Origin: Alphaproteobacteria bacterium UBA6411
GTDB lineage: Bacteria > Pseudomonadota > Alphaproteobacteria > CAAGCB01 > CAG-977
Reading direction: 5' to 3'
Length of the DNA stretch: 64,000 bases
NCBI GenBank assembly: GCA_002438565.1
Contig: DJPN01000021.1
Span: 61,684 to 125,683, forward strand
Below the pieces are notes generated by a model. That model was given only the letters and a program-made list of their open reading frames with translations. It had not been told where the DNA came from and ran no database searches. This document shows positions 37,252 to 48,241 of the stretch, piece by piece. A program made the translations under genes and the position numbers. The stretch's first letter is position 1. Every line of letters begins with the position of its first letter.

Positions 37252-39504
37252 TCACAGCAGCATCAATTCTTCCTCGGCTTTCGCGTTTTTGCGCGGGGCA
37301 AGGGGCGGACGGCAGACGACCAGCAGCTTGCCGTCTTTGGCGGAAATGCGGACGCGCCCGCCTTTGGTCAACTGCCCGAACAGCATTTCTTCGGCAAGGG
37401 GCTTTTTGATATGCTCTTGAATCACCCGCGCCAGCGGACGCGCGCCGTTTTTGTCGTCGAATCCTTTTTTCAGCAGCCATTCTTTTGCCGAAAAAGCGAC
37501 GTCAAGCGTGATTTTCTTTTCGCTCAGCTGTTTTGCCAGCTGGTCAAGGAATTTGTCCGCGACGCGGCGCATGATTTCCGCGTCCAGCTTGGCGAACGGA
37601 ATCACCGCGTCCAAACGGTTGCGGAATTCGGGCGTGAACAGGCGTTCAATCGCTTCCTTGTCGTCGCCCGTGCGTTCCATGCTGCCGAAGCCCATGGCGG
37701 GTTTCGCCATATCCGCCGCGCCCGCGTTTGTCGTCATAATCAAAATCACGTTTGAAAAATCGACCGTTTTGCCGTTGGAGTCGGTCAGTTTGCCGTAATC
37801 CATGACTTGCAGCAAAATGTTGTATAAATCGGGATGCGCCTTTTCGATTTCGTCCAGCAGCAAAACCGCGTAAGGGTGCTGGTCGGCCGCGTCGGTCAGC
37901 AAACCGCCCTGTTCAAACCCGACATACCCCGGCGGCGTGCCGATTAAGCGCGACAAAGAATGCTTTTCCATATATTCCGACATATCGAAGCGCAGAAGTT
38001 CGACGCCCAAAGTTTTCGCCAGCTGGCGCGCGGCTTCGGTTTTGCCGACCCCCGTCGGCCCCGAAAACAGATAACAGCCAATCGGTTTGCCCGCGTCGCG
38101 CAACCCCGCCCGCGCCATTTTAATCGAGGACGACAAAGCCTCCAATGCCTTATTCTGTCCGAACACCGCTTTTTTCAAGTCCTGTTCCAAGTTCCGCAAA
38201 GCTTCGCGGTCGTCGGAGGAAACGGCTTTAGCGGGTACGTTCGCGATTTTGGAAACGACTTCCTCGATGTCGTGCGCGGTGATTTGCTTTTTCTTTTTGC
38301 GCGACAAAGCGAACGCCGCCCCCGCTTCGTCCAAAACGTCAATTGCCTTGTCGGGCAGTTTGCGGTCGTGAATGTAGCGCACCGACAAATCGACGGCGTT
38401 TTTCAACGCGTCCGCCGTAAACACAACCCCGTGATGCTTTTCATAAGCGGCTTTCAGCCCGCGCAGGATTTTCAGCGTTTCGTCCGCGCTGGGTTCGTTG
38501 ATGTCGATTTTCTGAAAACGGCGCAGAAAAGCGCGGTCTTTTTCCATGTGGTTGCGGAATTCCTTGTACGTCGTCGACCCGATGCAGCGCACCCGTCCTT
38601 CGCTCAGCGCGGGCTTCAGCAGATTCGACGCGTCCATCGTGCCGCCTGTCGTCGCCCCCGCGCCGATAAGCGTGTGAATTTCGTCCACGAACAGCAGAAT
38701 ATTCGGGTCGGCTTCCAGTTCTTCCAGCACCATTTTCAGGCGTTCTTCAAAATCGCCGCGATACCGCGTCCCCGCCAGCAAAGCCCCGACGTCCAGCTGG
38801 TAAATCACCGCGTTTTTCAGCTGGCTCGGCACTTTTCCGTTTTCGATTTTCAGCGCCAAGCCCTCCGCCAGCGCGGTTTTGCCGACCCCCGGATCGCCGA
38901 TAAGCAGCGGATTGTTCTTCGTGCGGCGGCAAAGCACCTGCATCATGCGTTCGATTTCGCGTTCCCGTCCGATAAGCGGATCGACCCTGCCCGCTTTGAC
39001 TTTTTCGTTCAGATTGATGCAGAATTCCTCCAGCGGATCAATGTCGTCCATATAGTCGTCATCCACGCCCGAAACGGGGGAGGAATCGCTTAAAAAGTTC
39101 ATGACGGCAAGGCGTTCGACCCCGTATTTTTGCAAAAAGTAAACGGCGTAAGAATCCTTTTCGGCGAACATTGCGATAATCAGATGCAAAGCCGTCACCA
39201 TGTCGCGCCCGCTGGACTGCACCTGCAGCGCCGCGCGCTGAAACACCCTTTGCATGGCGACCGTGGGTTTCGGCTGAACATCGGCGTTTTTCAAAACCAG
39301 ATAAGACAAATCCTTGTCAATGAAATCGGTCAGTTCCTGTTCCAGCTTTTCCAGCGGCAGCTTCATTTTCATAAAGAACGGCACGGCGTCCCTGTCATCC
39401 AGCATCGCCAGCAGCAAATGTTCCAAAGTCGCGAATTCCTGATTGCGTTCGCCCGCGAACGTCAACGCCAGCTGTAAAGTTTGTTCCAAGCTCGGGGACA
39501 GCAT
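37252..39504 (-). CDS. clpA: ATP-dependent Clp protease ATP-binding subunit ClpA
   Basis: Two AAA modules ([18 protein letters not shown] Walker A motifs), N-domain repeats; clpS immediately upstream. Confidence 0.9.
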   Translation of the reverse strand: MLSPSLEQTLQLALTFAGERNQEFATLEHLLLAMLDDRDAVPFFMKMKLPLEKLEQELTDFIDKDLSYLVLKNADVQPKPTVAMQRVFQRAALQVQSSGRDMVTALHLIIAMFAEKDSYAVYFLQKYGVERLAVMNFLSDSSPVSGVDDDYMDDIDPLEEFCINLNEKVKAGRVDPLIGREREIERMMQVLCRRTKNNPLLIGDPGVGKTALAEGLALKIENGKVPSQLKNAVIYQLDVGALLAGTRYRGDFEERLKMVLEELEADPNILLFVDEIHTLIGAGATTGGTMDASNLLKPALSEGRVRCIGSTTYKEFRNHMEKDRAFLRRFQKIDINEPSADETLKILRGLKAAYEKHHGVVFTADALKNAVDLSVRYIHDRKLPDKAIDVLDEAGAAFALSRKKKKQITAHDIEEVVSKIANVPAKAVSSDDREALRNLEQDLKKAVFGQNKALEALSSSIKMARAGLRDAGKPIGCYLFSGPTGVGKTEAARQLAKTLGVELLRFDMSEYMEKHSLSRLIGTPPGYVGFEQGGLLTDAADQHPYAVLLLDEIEKAHPDLYNILLQVMDYGKLTDSNGKTVDFSNVILIMTTNAGAADMAKPAMGFGSMERTGDDKEAIERLFTPEFRNRLDAVIPFAKLDAEIMRRVADKFLDQLAKQLSEKKITLDVAFSAKEWLLKKGFDDKNGARPLARVIQEHIKKPLAEEMLFGQLTKGGRVRISAKDGKLLVVCRPPLAPRKNAKAEEELMLL

Positions 39505-39507
39505 TGT

Positions 39508-39831
39508 TTATTCCTTTTCGACTTTGCAGCGCAAGGGGTGCTGCGACCGCTTCGCCATTTCGATTGTCTGCGCGGCTTTGGTTTCGGCGACTTCCAGCGT
39601 GTAAACGCCAGCGACGCCCGCGCCCGAACGGTGCACCTGCAGCATGATGTCGGTCGCTTCCGCCGCCGATTTGTCAAACACGCTTTGAAGCACGGAAATC
39701 ACGAAATCCATCGGCGTAAAGTCGTCGTTCAGAATGACCACGCAGTACAAAGGCGGACGCTTTGTCTGCGGCTTCGCTTTTGTCGCAACGCCGCCTTGAG
39801 TTTCCGTATCGGGATTCGACCGTTTCGCCAT
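39508..39831 (-). CDS. clpS: ATP-dependent Clp protease adaptor ClpS
   Basis: YCVVILNDDFTPMDFVISVLQSVF conserved ClpS core. Confidence 0.85.
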   Translation of the reverse strand: MAKRSNPDTETQGGVATKAKPQTKRPPLYCVVILNDDFTPMDFVISVLQSVFDKSAAEATDIMLQVHRSGAGVAGVYTLEVAETKAAQTIEMAKRSQHPLRCKVEKE

Positions 39832-39897
39832 TTCCAGCTCCTTTCTGTGAAACCCCTTGCCAAAAAAAGGGAAAACCGCGTATGATGGTGTCGGAAA

Positions 39898-40920
39898 ATG
39901 TTTAAATTAGAGTATAGAAAAGTGCTTTTTTTTCGCTTCCTGCTCGCTTTTTTGCTGATGACCGCGACCGCCAACGCGCAAAGCCGCCAGTCGTCCCTGC
40001 TGATTGAAGCGGAAACGGGGCGCGTCCTGCAATCCGAAAACGCGACCGAAAAGCGCTATCCCGCGTCTTTGACCAAAATGATGACGCTGTACATGGTCTT
40101 TGACGCTTTGGAAAAAAAGGAAATCCAAATCGACCAGCTGCTGCCCGTGTCCGTCCACGCCGCCAAACAGCCGAAATCGCGCATGGGACTGAAAGCGGGG
40201 ACAACAATCTCCGTCGAAAACGCGATTTTCGCCATGATTTCACGTTCCGCCAACGATGCCGCCGTCGTGGTGGCGGAGGGATTGGGCGGCTCGGAAGCGC
40301 AATTCGCCGACAAAATGACGCGCGTCGCCCATGAATTGGGCATGAAAGACACGCGGTTCAAAAACGCGTCGGGACTGCATAACAAAGACCAAGTCACTTC
40401 CGCCCGCGACATGGCGATTCTGTCCATGGCCTTGATTCAGCATTTTCCCAAGTATTACAAGCTGTTTTCCGTCAAAGGCTTCCGCTACGGCAGACGCTAT
40501 TACGGCAACCACAACCTTGTCGCGCGGTTTTACAAGGGCGGCGACGGATTGAAAACAGGCTATGTTGACGCGTCGGGCTATCACGTCGTCGGTTCGGCCA
40601 AGCGCAACGGCAAACGGCTTATCGGCGTGGTTATGGGACGCAATTCGGTTCGCGAACGCGACCGGCATATTTTCAAACTGCTGGATTTCGGTTTTGCCGC
40701 CTTGAAAAAAGAAGCGCCAACCCTAGCCACCATGAACGAAGAGCCGCTGTTTTCGTCAACCCCCGTCCCGCCCAAAACGGAACGGGAATACAGACAGTCG
40801 CGCATCAAAGCCCGCCAAATCACCGAAGAGCTTGACGCCGTCGCGTCCCTGTCCGACAGCTTGACGATGCAGGACAAGGACAAAATCACCAAAAAAGCAA
40901 TTGTCGAGTGGCGGTATTAG
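39898..40920 (+). CDS. D-alanyl-D-alanine carboxypeptidase (S11 penicillin-binding protein)
   Basis: SxxK (ASLTKMMT), SxN (SRSAND), KTG (LKTGY) motifs; signal peptide. Confidence 0.8.
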   Translation: MFKLEYRKVLFFRFLLAFLLMTATANAQSRQSSLLIEAETGRVLQSENATEKRYPASLTKMMTLYMVFDALEKKEIQIDQLLPVSVHAAKQPKSRMGLKAGTTISVENAIFAMISRSANDAAVVVAEGLGGSEAQFADKMTRVAHELGMKDTRFKNASGLHNKDQVTSARDMAILSMALIQHFPKYYKLFSVKGFRYGRRYYGNHNLVARFYKGGDGLKTGYVDASGYHVVGSAKRNGKRLIGVVMGRNSVRERDRHIFKLLDFGFAALKKEAPTLATMNEEPLFSSTPVPPKTEREYRQSRIKARQITEELDAVASLSDSLTMQDKDKITKKAIVEWRY

Positions 40921-41402
40921 TCGCGGAAATTCACAAATTGCAGCGGCTGATCGATGCCCAGCGTTTTCACGAAAGCGATAACCGCCTGCAAATCGTCGCG
41001 TTTTTTGCCCGAAACACGCAGTTCGTCGCCTTGGATTGACACCTGCACTTTGGCTTTGGAATCTTTAATCGCTTTGGAGATTTTCTTGGCGATTTCCTGT
41101 TCGATGCCCTGCTTGACGGCAACGGCTTGGCGCACCATCGCGCCGGCGGCTTTTTCCTCTTTGCCGAAGCTCAAAGCCGACGTGTCCAGCTTGCGCCGCG
41201 TAACATAAGTCACCAGCAATTCATGCAGCTGTTTCAGCTTTAAATCGTCGTCGGCAAGCAGAATGATTTCCTTGTCTTTCAGTTCAACCGAGCTTTTCGA
41301 CCCTTTGAAATCGAAGCGGGTTGAAATTTCGCGCGCCGCGCCGTTGACGGCGTTTTGAATTTCGGTCATATCGGTTTTGGATACAATATCGAATGAAGGC
41401 AT
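40917..41402 (-). CDS. yajQ: YajQ-family nucleotide-binding protein
   Basis: MPSFDIVSKTDMTEIQNAVNGAAREISTRFDFKGS conserved YajQ N-terminus. Confidence 0.8.
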   Translation of the reverse strand: MPSFDIVSKTDMTEIQNAVNGAAREISTRFDFKGSKSSVELKDKEIILLADDDLKLKQLHELLVTYVTRRKLDTSALSFGKEEKAAGAMVRQAVAVKQGIEQEIAKKISKAIKDSKAKVQVSIQGDELRVSGKKRDDLQAVIAFVKTLGIDQPLQFVNFRD

Positions 41403-41484
41403 GATGCTACTCCTGTCAGTTTTTCGACATCATACCCGTCAATCGTTCCGCCGTCAAGCCGCCGAGCCGAAACGCGGCGCCGCT

Positions 41485-43584
41485 TTAGCCGTTGTCTAAA
41501 AACGAACGCAGTTTGCGTGAACGGCTGGGATGTTTCAGCTTGCGCAACGCTTTGGCTTCGATTTGGCGGATGCGTTCGCGGGTAACCGAAAACTGCTGTC
41601 CGACTTCCTCCAGCGTATGATCGGTGTTCATCCCGATGCCGAAGCGCATGCGCAGCACGCGTTCTTCACGCGGGGTCAAACTGGACAGAACCGCCGTGCA
41701 GGTCTGGCGCAAGTTCGTCTGAATCGCCGCGTCCAAAGGCTGAATGACGTTGCGATCCTCGATGAAATCGCCCAAATGGCTGTCTTCCTCGTCGCCGACG
41801 GGGGTTTCCAAAGAAATCGGTTCTTTGGCGATTTTCAGCACTTTGCGCACTTTTTCCAAAGGCATGGACAGCTTTTCGGCCAATTCTTCCGGCGTCGGTT
41901 CACGCCCGATTTCGTGCAGCATCTGGCGGCTGGTGCGAACCAGCTTGTTGATTGTTTCAATCATGTGAACGGGGATGCGGATGGTGCGCGCCTGATCGGC
42001 AATCGACCGCGTAATCGCTTGGCGAATCCACCATGTCGCATAGGTCGAAAATTTATAGCCGCGGCGGTATTCAAATTTATCGACGGCTTTCATCAAGCCG
42101 ATGTTGCCCTCTTGAATCAAATCCAAAAACTGCAGACCGCGGTTTGTGTATTTCTTCGCAATGGAAATCACCAAACGCAGATTGGCCTCAATCATTTCCT
42201 TTTTGGCGCGGGTGGATTCCTGTTCACCCTTTTTGACCATCGAGCAAACGCGGCGATATTCAAAAATCGGCATGCCGATTTCGTCCGCCATTTGCGAAAT
42301 TGCCGTTTGAATTTCTTGAATTTCCTTGGAATACTTTTCGACAAACACCTTCCAGTATTTGCCCGACATCTTTTCAATCCAATGCGAATCGAATTCTGAA
42401 TTCTTGTAGGCTTCCAAAAAGTCTTCGCGCTTGATGCGGCAGCTTAACGCCAGACGCAGCAGCTTGCCTTCAAACGTCATCAAACGTTTGTTGTAGTCGT
42501 TCAGCTGATCGACCAGCATTTCAATGCGCGCGGGGTTCAGCTGGACTTCCTCCATCAGCGCAATCAATTCCTGTTTGATTTTCTGGAATTTCTTTTCGGT
42601 CGCGGCAGGAACGGGTTTGGACGTGCGCAGACAGGACAAGCGCTGATCCTGCACTTTTTTCAGTTTTTGATAAGTGGTGGAAATCTGTTCAAACTGTTCC
42701 AGCACTTTGGGCATCAAAGACTGTTCCATTTGCTGCAGGGATACCGCAGCGGGTTCGTCTTCATCGTCCGCATCGGCGGATTCGTCGTCCGAGGAGGAGT
42801 CTTCCTCTTCCTCATCATCGATAAAATCGTCGGCGGATTCGTCGCCGTCGTCTTCGCCGTCGGAATCTTCATCATCGTCAAAACTGTTCTGCGGTTCGGG
42901 AATATCCTCGCTTTCCTCGTCCTCTTCAGCTTCCTCGGGTTCTTCGTGTTTTTCCTCAACGACGGCCGGCGCCGCTGTTTCGGGAATGGTTGACGTGAAC
43001 GTCGCCGACAAAGGCAGTTCCCCGTCCCCCGAATCTTCGCCCGAACCGTACGTCGCGTCCAAATCGATAATGTCGCGCAGCAGCATCTTGCCCGACACCA
43101 AAGCGTCATGCCAGCCCGTCAAAGCTTTAATCGTCAGCGCGCTTTCGCACAATCCGCCGATCATCAAATCGCGGCCGGCTTCGATTCGTTTCGCAATGGC
43201 GATTTCGCCTTCGCGCGACAGCAGTTCGACCGCGCCCATTTCGCGCAGGTACATGCGGACGGGATCGTCCGTGCGCGACGTTTCGACTTCGTCCAATTTA
43301 AAGCCGTCATCCTCGGGTTCGTCGGCGGAATCGGACGAATCGTCGTCCGTTTCTTCGTTTTCGACCAAATTGATTCCCATATCGGAAATCATGGTCATCA
43401 CGTCTTCGATTTGTTCCGACGATTCTTTTTCGGGGGGCAAAGCCGCGTTCAATTCGTCCACGGTGATATAGCCGCGCGATTTTCCTTTGTTCAGCAGTTT
43501 TTTTAACGAAGCGCTGAGCGAATCCAACAAAGCGTCTTCATTGTTTTCGTTTTCGCCGATTTCATCGTCCGCAGTCGTATTCAT
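41485..43584 (-). CDS. rpoD: RNA polymerase sigma-70 factor RpoD (alphaproteobacterial type with an acidic non-conserved region)
   Basis: Regions 1.2-4.2, e.g. [30 protein letters not shown], ...[67 protein letters not shown]... Confidence 0.95.
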   Translation of the reverse strand: MNTTADDEIGENENNEDALLDSLSASLKKLLNKGKSRGYITVDELNAALPPEKESSEQIEDVMTMISDMGINLVENEETDDDSSDSADEPEDDGFKLDEVETSRTDDPVRMYLREMGAVELLSREGEIAIAKRIEAGRDLMIGGLCESALTIKALTGWHDALVSGKMLLRDIIDLDATYGSGEDSGDGELPLSATFTSTIPETAAPAVVEEKHEEPEEAEEDEESEDIPEPQNSFDDDEDSDGEDDGDESADDFIDDEEEEDSSSDDESADADDEDEPAAVSLQQMEQSLMPKVLEQFEQISTTYQKLKKVQDQRLSCLRTSKPVPAATEKKFQKIKQELIALMEEVQLNPARIEMLVDQLNDYNKRLMTFEGKLLRLALSCRIKREDFLEAYKNSEFDSHWIEKMSGKYWKVFVEKYSKEIQEIQTAISQMADEIGMPIFEYRRVCSMVKKGEQESTRAKKEMIEANLRLVISIAKKYTNRGLQFLDLIQEGNIGLMKAVDKFEYRRGYKFSTYATWWIRQAITRSIADQARTIRIPVHMIETINKLVRTSRQMLHEIGREPTPEELAEKLSMPLEKVRKVLKIAKEPISLETPVGDEEDSHLGDFIEDRNVIQPLDAAIQTNLRQTCTAVLSSLTPREERVLRMRFGIGMNTDHTLEEVGQQFSVTRERIRQIEAKALRKLKHPSRSRKLRSFLDNG

Positions 43585-43724
43585 AGAAAAATCCCTTCCG
43601 TTGCGTCACGCGCATATCACAAAGCACCGATTTTTTGATAAATCGGATAATCTTGCAACATTTAGGGCGTTGACACCAATTTGTCAACCTTTAAATAGGT
43701 TGACTTGGCTTTTTATTCAAGGTC

Positions 43725-45485
43725 TTATCCGCTTTTGGACAGGGTTTGATATTTTTCCCACAGGGCTTTGGCTTTGTCGGCATCCGTTTCCGATTCGATT
43801 TGCCGCGCCAAAGCGGACAGTTCGGCTTTCAAGGCTTTTTGCCGTTCGCCCTCCAGCAAAGCGGCAAAATCGGCTTTGATGTCGGCGGGCGTTGTTTTTT
43901 TGCGCTTCAGCATTTCGATTTCGTCGGCGACGGCATCGTACAGTCTGCCGTTTTGATTGGCGCGGAAATAATCCTCCAGCTCCGCCGCCGTCAAGTCGGG
44001 ATTATCCGCCAGCGCATTGATGATGCTGCGAAACGCATCCGCCAAAAAAGCGTCGGCGGGGGTGATGTCCGCCAGCTCCTCCAGAGAATCGGAAGCAATA
44101 TCCGGATACAGCAGGACATAGGCCAGAATCATTCTGTCCTCGCCCGCCTGCGGTCTGGGTTTTGCGGGTTTGACATAGTCCTGCTTTGCAACGGATTTGG
44201 AACTTTTTTTGTTAAAAACGGGGGCGGTCGCCTCCCACAGTTCGGCGCGGAAAGTCTGCCTGTAATAAGAACGCACGGATTCGTCGGCGATTTTTGCCAG
44301 CGTTTCGTTCACATCCTTTTCCAAAGCGGCTTTGCGTTCCGGCGTGTCAAGGCTTTTGCCCTGCAGCAGCATTTGCCACAGCTGCCGGAACAAGGGGCGG
44401 CTTTGGGTGCGGATGAAATCCTCGAACGCCTGTTTGCCGCGTTCTTGAATGAATTCGTCGGGATCGTCGTCGTCGGGCAAAGTCATAAAACGCAGGGACT
44501 TGCCCGCTTTCAATAAAGGAAGCACCCTGTCCGCCGCGCGGTTCGCCGCCCGAATCCCCGCGCCGTCGCCGTCGAAACAGCAAATCGGTTCCGGCGCGTA
44601 TTTCCACAGCTGTTCGATTTGGCGTTCGGTCAAAGCCGTGCCGCACGACGCAACCGCGCGCGTTATCCCGACGCTGTGAAGCGCGATGACGTCCATATAG
44701 CCCTCGACGACCAAAATTTCCTGCATTTTGCGCGCCTGTTCCGCCGCAAAGTGCGCTGCGTAAAGGGTGTCGCCTTTGGAAAACAGCGCCGTTTCGGGGG
44801 AATTCAAGTACTTCGGTTCGCCATCGCCCAGCACGCGCCCGCCGAAAGCGATGACGCGCCCGCGCTTGTCGCAAATCGGATACATCACGCGGTCGTGGAA
44901 ATAGTCGTAAGCCCGCCCGTCCGACGAAACGCCGATAACGCCCGTCTGCTTCAGCTGTTCGACGGTCAAACCTTCGCGTTCCAGCATCGCTTTGACGGGA
45001 TTGCCGTTCGGCGCAAAACCCAAGCGGAAATGCTTGATGACCTCGTCGGTCAGCCCGCGCCGCTGCAGGTAAAACAAGCCGTCGCGCCCGACGGGTTTGT
45101 ACAGCTGTTCTTGATAATAGGCGCAGACTTTTTCCAAAACGTCGTACAGCGTGCCGCGTTTTTTTTCGCGTTCGACCTCGGCGGCGGACGCTTTGGGCAT
45201 TTCCAGCCCCGCCTCGTTCGCCAACTGTTCAACCGCGTCGACAAAGCTCAGTCCCTGCGATTTCATCACGAACGTAATCGCGTCGCCGTGTTCGCCGCAG
45301 CCGAAGCAATGAAAAGCCTCGCGTTCGTCGCTGACGGTGAACGACGGCGTTTTTTCGTGGTGAAACGGACAGCACCCCCAGTATTCCTTGCCTTTGCGCG
45401 TCAGTTTGACGGCTTTGCCGACAATCGAAACAATCGACAGTCTTGAACGCAGCAGTTCCAGAAATTCGGGGGTGATTGTGGGCAT
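43725..45485 (-). CDS. dnaG: DNA primase DnaG
   Basis: Zn-ribbon CCPFHHEKTPSFTVSDEREAFHCFGCGEHGD, TOPRIM domain (EGYMDVIALH...); upstream of rpoD. Confidence 0.9.
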   Translation of the reverse strand: MPTITPEFLELLRSRLSIVSIVGKAVKLTRKGKEYWGCCPFHHEKTPSFTVSDEREAFHCFGCGEHGDAITFVMKSQGLSFVDAVEQLANEAGLEMPKASAAEVEREKKRGTLYDVLEKVCAYYQEQLYKPVGRDGLFYLQRRGLTDEVIKHFRLGFAPNGNPVKAMLEREGLTVEQLKQTGVIGVSSDGRAYDYFHDRVMYPICDKRGRVIAFGGRVLGDGEPKYLNSPETALFSKGDTLYAAHFAAEQARKMQEILVVEGYMDVIALHSVGITRAVASCGTALTERQIEQLWKYAPEPICCFDGDGAGIRAANRAADRVLPLLKAGKSLRFMTLPDDDDPDEFIQERGKQAFEDFIRTQSRPLFRQLWQMLLQGKSLDTPERKAALEKDVNETLAKIADESVRSYYRQTFRAELWEATAPVFNKKSSKSVAKQDYVKPAKPRPQAGEDRMILAYVLLYPDIASDSLEELADITPADAFLADAFRSIINALADNPDLTAAELEDYFRANQNGRLYDAVADEIEMLKRKKTTPADIKADFAALLEGERQKALKAELSALARQIESETDADKAKALWEKYQTLSKSG

Positions 45486-45495
45486 AAGCCGTCCT

Positions 45496-45954
45496 TTATT
45501 TCTGCGCCAAAATTGTCTTGACCACGCCCGACGCCTGACCGAAGTCCATGCGTCCCGCGTACTGTTCGCGCAAAGCCGCCATGACCGCGCCCATGTCTTT
45601 CAATCCCGCCGCGCCCGTTTTGGCGACGATTTCGCGCACGGCGGCTTCGGTTTCGGCCGCGTCCATCTGTTTGGGCAGGAACGAACGGATGATGTCGATT
45701 TCCGCCTGTTCGCTGTCGATTAAGTCTTGACGGCCTCCCTTTTGATACATGGCGATGCTGTCGTTGCGCTGTTTAATCATGGACTGCAGCAGCTGCAAAA
45801 TGTCGTCGTTGGTGATTTGGCCGTCCTTCGCCGACCCGCGGGAAGCGATGTCGCGGTCTTTGATTGCCGCCAAAATCAGACGCAAAGTGGATACTTTCGC
45901 GGTATCTTTTTCCAACATGGCGTTTTTCAACGCGGCTTTCAACTGTTCACGCAT
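45496..45954 (-). CDS. GatB/YqeY domain protein
   Basis: MREQLKAALKNAMLEKDTAKVSTLRLILAAIKDRD typical of the YqeY family. Confidence 0.75.
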   Translation of the reverse strand: MREQLKAALKNAMLEKDTAKVSTLRLILAAIKDRDIASRGSAKDGQITNDDILQLLQSMIKQRNDSIAMYQKGGRQDLIDSEQAEIDIIRSFLPKQMDAAETEAAVREIVAKTGAAGLKDMGAVMAALREQYAGRMDFGQASGVVKTILAQK

Positions 45955-46131
45955 AACGAATACTCCTCATAGATAAAAAACTTTCCGTCATAAAACACCG
46001 TTTTTTTGTTTTTGGCAAGTTACGCTTGAAGAAAAAAACAAAGCCTTGTATGATGCGCGGCAGATGAAATTGCTTCTTTCGCCCGAAACGGGGTGAAAGG
46101 GGTGTTTTTTTATTATTATGAGGATGTCGAA

Positions 46132-46605
46132 ATGCAAAAAGTACCGATGACCAAAAAGGGCGCGGAACGCCTGCAACAGGAATTGACCAATCTGAAAAGC
46201 GTGGAACGTCCCGCCATTATCGCGGCGATTGCCGAAGCGCGCGAACACGGCGATTTGTCCGAAAACGCCGAATACCACGCCGCCCGCGAAAAACAAAGCT
46301 TTATCGAAGGCCGTATTCAGGAACTGGAATCCGCAATGTCCTGCGCCGACATTATCGACACGGCGGCTTTGTCGGGCGACACCGTCGTTTTCGGCGCGAC
46401 CGTGTCCTTGATGGATGAAGACACCGAAGACGAACTGAAATATCAAATCGTCGGACAGTACGAAGCCGATTTGGAACACGGCCGCATTTCCGTTTCCGCC
46501 CCGCTGGCGCGCGCTTTAATCGGAAAATCCGTCGGCGACACGGCGGAACTGGCTTCGCCCAAGGGTAAAAAATCTTACGAAATTCTGGAAATCGAATACA
46601 TTTGA
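46132..46605 (+). CDS. greA: Transcription elongation factor GreA
   Basis: [18 protein letters not shown]...[35 protein letters not shown] closely parallels canonical GreA. Confidence 0.9.
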   Translation: MQKVPMTKKGAERLQQELTNLKSVERPAIIAAIAEAREHGDLSENAEYHAAREKQSFIEGRIQELESAMSCADIIDTAALSGDTVVFGATVSLMDEDTEDELKYQIVGQYEADLEHGRISVSAPLARALIGKSVGDTAELASPKGKKSYEILEIEYI

Positions 46606-47087
46606 TGGTCAAAAAGGCAAACAGGGATTTGATTGCGGGAACAGCGGCTTTACTGACCGTCGCTTTGCTGTTTTGCGCCATCAGCTTCAAACGGGACATC
46701 GGCCGGCGTTCGACGGCCGGCTATACGCTGTCCGCCCGATTCAACCACACGGACGGGCTGAACACGGGCGCGCCCGTGCGTCTGGCGGGAATCGAGGTCG
46801 GCAAAATCACCGGTTTGACTTTGGACGAGGATTATGGCGTAACAGTCCGCTTTTCTTTGCCCGAATCCGTGCAGCTGCCCGATGACAGCGGCGTTTCCGT
46901 CCAATCCCAAAGTTTGTTGGGAAACAAGTATTTGGAACTGACCCCCGGCGGATCGGAGGACATGCTGTCCGACGGCGATTTTATGGACTTTACCGAAGAT
47001 TCCCCCGATTTGGTCAAGCTGTTGGACAAGGTGGTTTCCGCCGCCAAAGCCAATCGTAAAAACAACACATGCGCCAAAGGAAAATAA
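46602..47087 (+). CDS. MCE/MlaD-family protein (single TM plus MCE domain)
   Basis: N-terminal TM then MCE-domain motifs ([20 protein letters not shown]...LLGNKYLEL). Confidence 0.7.
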   Translation: MMVKKANRDLIAGTAALLTVALLFCAISFKRDIGRRSTAGYTLSARFNHTDGLNTGAPVRLAGIEVGKITGLTLDEDYGVTVRFSLPESVQLPDDSGVSVQSQSLLGNKYLELTPGGSEDMLSDGDFMDFTEDSPDLVKLLDKVVSAAKANRKNNTCAKGK

Positions 47088-47540
47088 ATGAAAAAAAATC
47101 CGATTGAAACCGTGCTGGGCATACTGGTGATTTTGGTCGCGGGGCTGTTCGTTTATTATGCCGAACAGCGGCTGTCCGTGCGTCCTCAGCAGGGATACAC
47201 GCTGACGGCGACGTTTTTAAAGTCGGGCGGACTGGAAAGCGGCAACGACGTGCGCATCAACGGCATCAAAGTCGGCTCTGTTACAGGCATCGAGCTGACG
47301 CCCGATTATACGGCGCGCATCAGCATTGACGTCAAAAAATCCGTTTCCCTGCCCGCCGATACGGTTGCGGCGGTTGTTTCGGACGGATTGATGGGCGGCA
47401 TTTTCCTGCAGCTGGAACCGGGGAAATCGGCCGACATGTTAAAAGACGGCGATGCGATAAAGCAGACGCGCGATTTCAAATCGCTGGAAAGCATGATCGG
47501 CGACGTTATCTTTTTGGCAACGGGCAAAGAGGACGAATAA
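47088..47540 (+). CDS. Second MCE/MlaD-family protein (tandem paralog)
   Basis: Same architecture (LESGNDVRINGIKVGSVTGIEL...); ATGA-type junction with the previous gene. Confidence 0.7.
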   Translation: MKKNPIETVLGILVILVAGLFVYYAEQRLSVRPQQGYTLTATFLKSGGLESGNDVRINGIKVGSVTGIELTPDYTARISIDVKKSVSLPADTVAAVVSDGLMGGIFLQLEPGKSADMLKDGDAIKQTRDFKSLESMIGDVIFLATGKEDE

Positions 47541-48224
47541 ATGAAAAAATCCGTGTTTTCCGCAGTCTTGTTAGGGATGTGCGCGGCGACTCTGCCCGCA
47601 AAGGCCGAAGACCTGTCTTTGGAACAGGTGGTTTTGCGCGGACTTGACAAAGTAACGGGACGCATCAGCACGATGACCGTCAACGTCGGCGAAAAGGCGC
47701 AATTCGGCGCTTTGGATGTTTATGTGCGCGTCTGCTACGCTCACCCGCCCGAAGAAACGCCCGAAAACGCCGCCTATCTGGACATTGTCGAAAAAAAGCA
47801 GGAAGGACAGCTGAAACTGTTTTCGGGGTGGATGTTTTCATCGTCGCCCGCGCTGTCCGCCATGGAACACCCCGTTTTCGACGTTTGGGTAATCCGGTGC
47901 CAGGGCGAACAAATCACGCCGCCCATTCCCGAACCGCTGATGCTGGAAAACCAAATCGAAGCCGTCCCCGTTCAGCCCAAAGTCAAAATCGTGCTGGATG
48001 AAAACGAGGAAAACATCGAAAAACCCGTCAATCCCGAAGAATTGCCTGCGGAACCGTCCGATTCGGATGAAAACGATTCGGACGCGGCGGTGTTGGTTCC
48101 TTTGCCGGAACCCGCCGAAGAAAACGACATTCCGCCCGAAACGGCAGAACAGCCGTCCTCCGAACCGGTTAATGCTCCGGCTGAAGAGTTTTCTGACGAA
48201 GACGCAACGGAAAACGACATTTAA
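47541..48224 (+). CDS. Secreted DUF2155-like protein with an acidic proline-rich disordered tail
   Basis: Signal peptide MKKSVFSAVLLGMCAATLPAKA; LRGLDKVTGR motif; common MCE-DUF2155 neighbourhood in alphaproteobacteria. Confidence 0.5.
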   Translation: MKKSVFSAVLLGMCAATLPAKAEDLSLEQVVLRGLDKVTGRISTMTVNVGEKAQFGALDVYVRVCYAHPPEETPENAAYLDIVEKKQEGQLKLFSGWMFSSSPALSAMEHPVFDVWVIRCQGEQITPPIPEPLMLENQIEAVPVQPKVKIVLDENEENIEKPVNPEELPAEPSDSDENDSDAAVLVPLPEPAEENDIPPETAEQPSSEPVNAPAEEFSDEDATENDI

Positions 48225-48241
48225 CGACGAAAGGCTTTTCA

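Noticed and set aside
42674-43471. 265-aa Ser-rich ORF antisense to rpoD, and similar antisense ORFs in clpA (37960-39093), dxs (59717-60568), ispA (61198-61992) and the APH-like kinase (19891-20871)
   Set aside because: These are high-GC antisense frames within conserved housekeeping genes; their low-complexity products are spurious.
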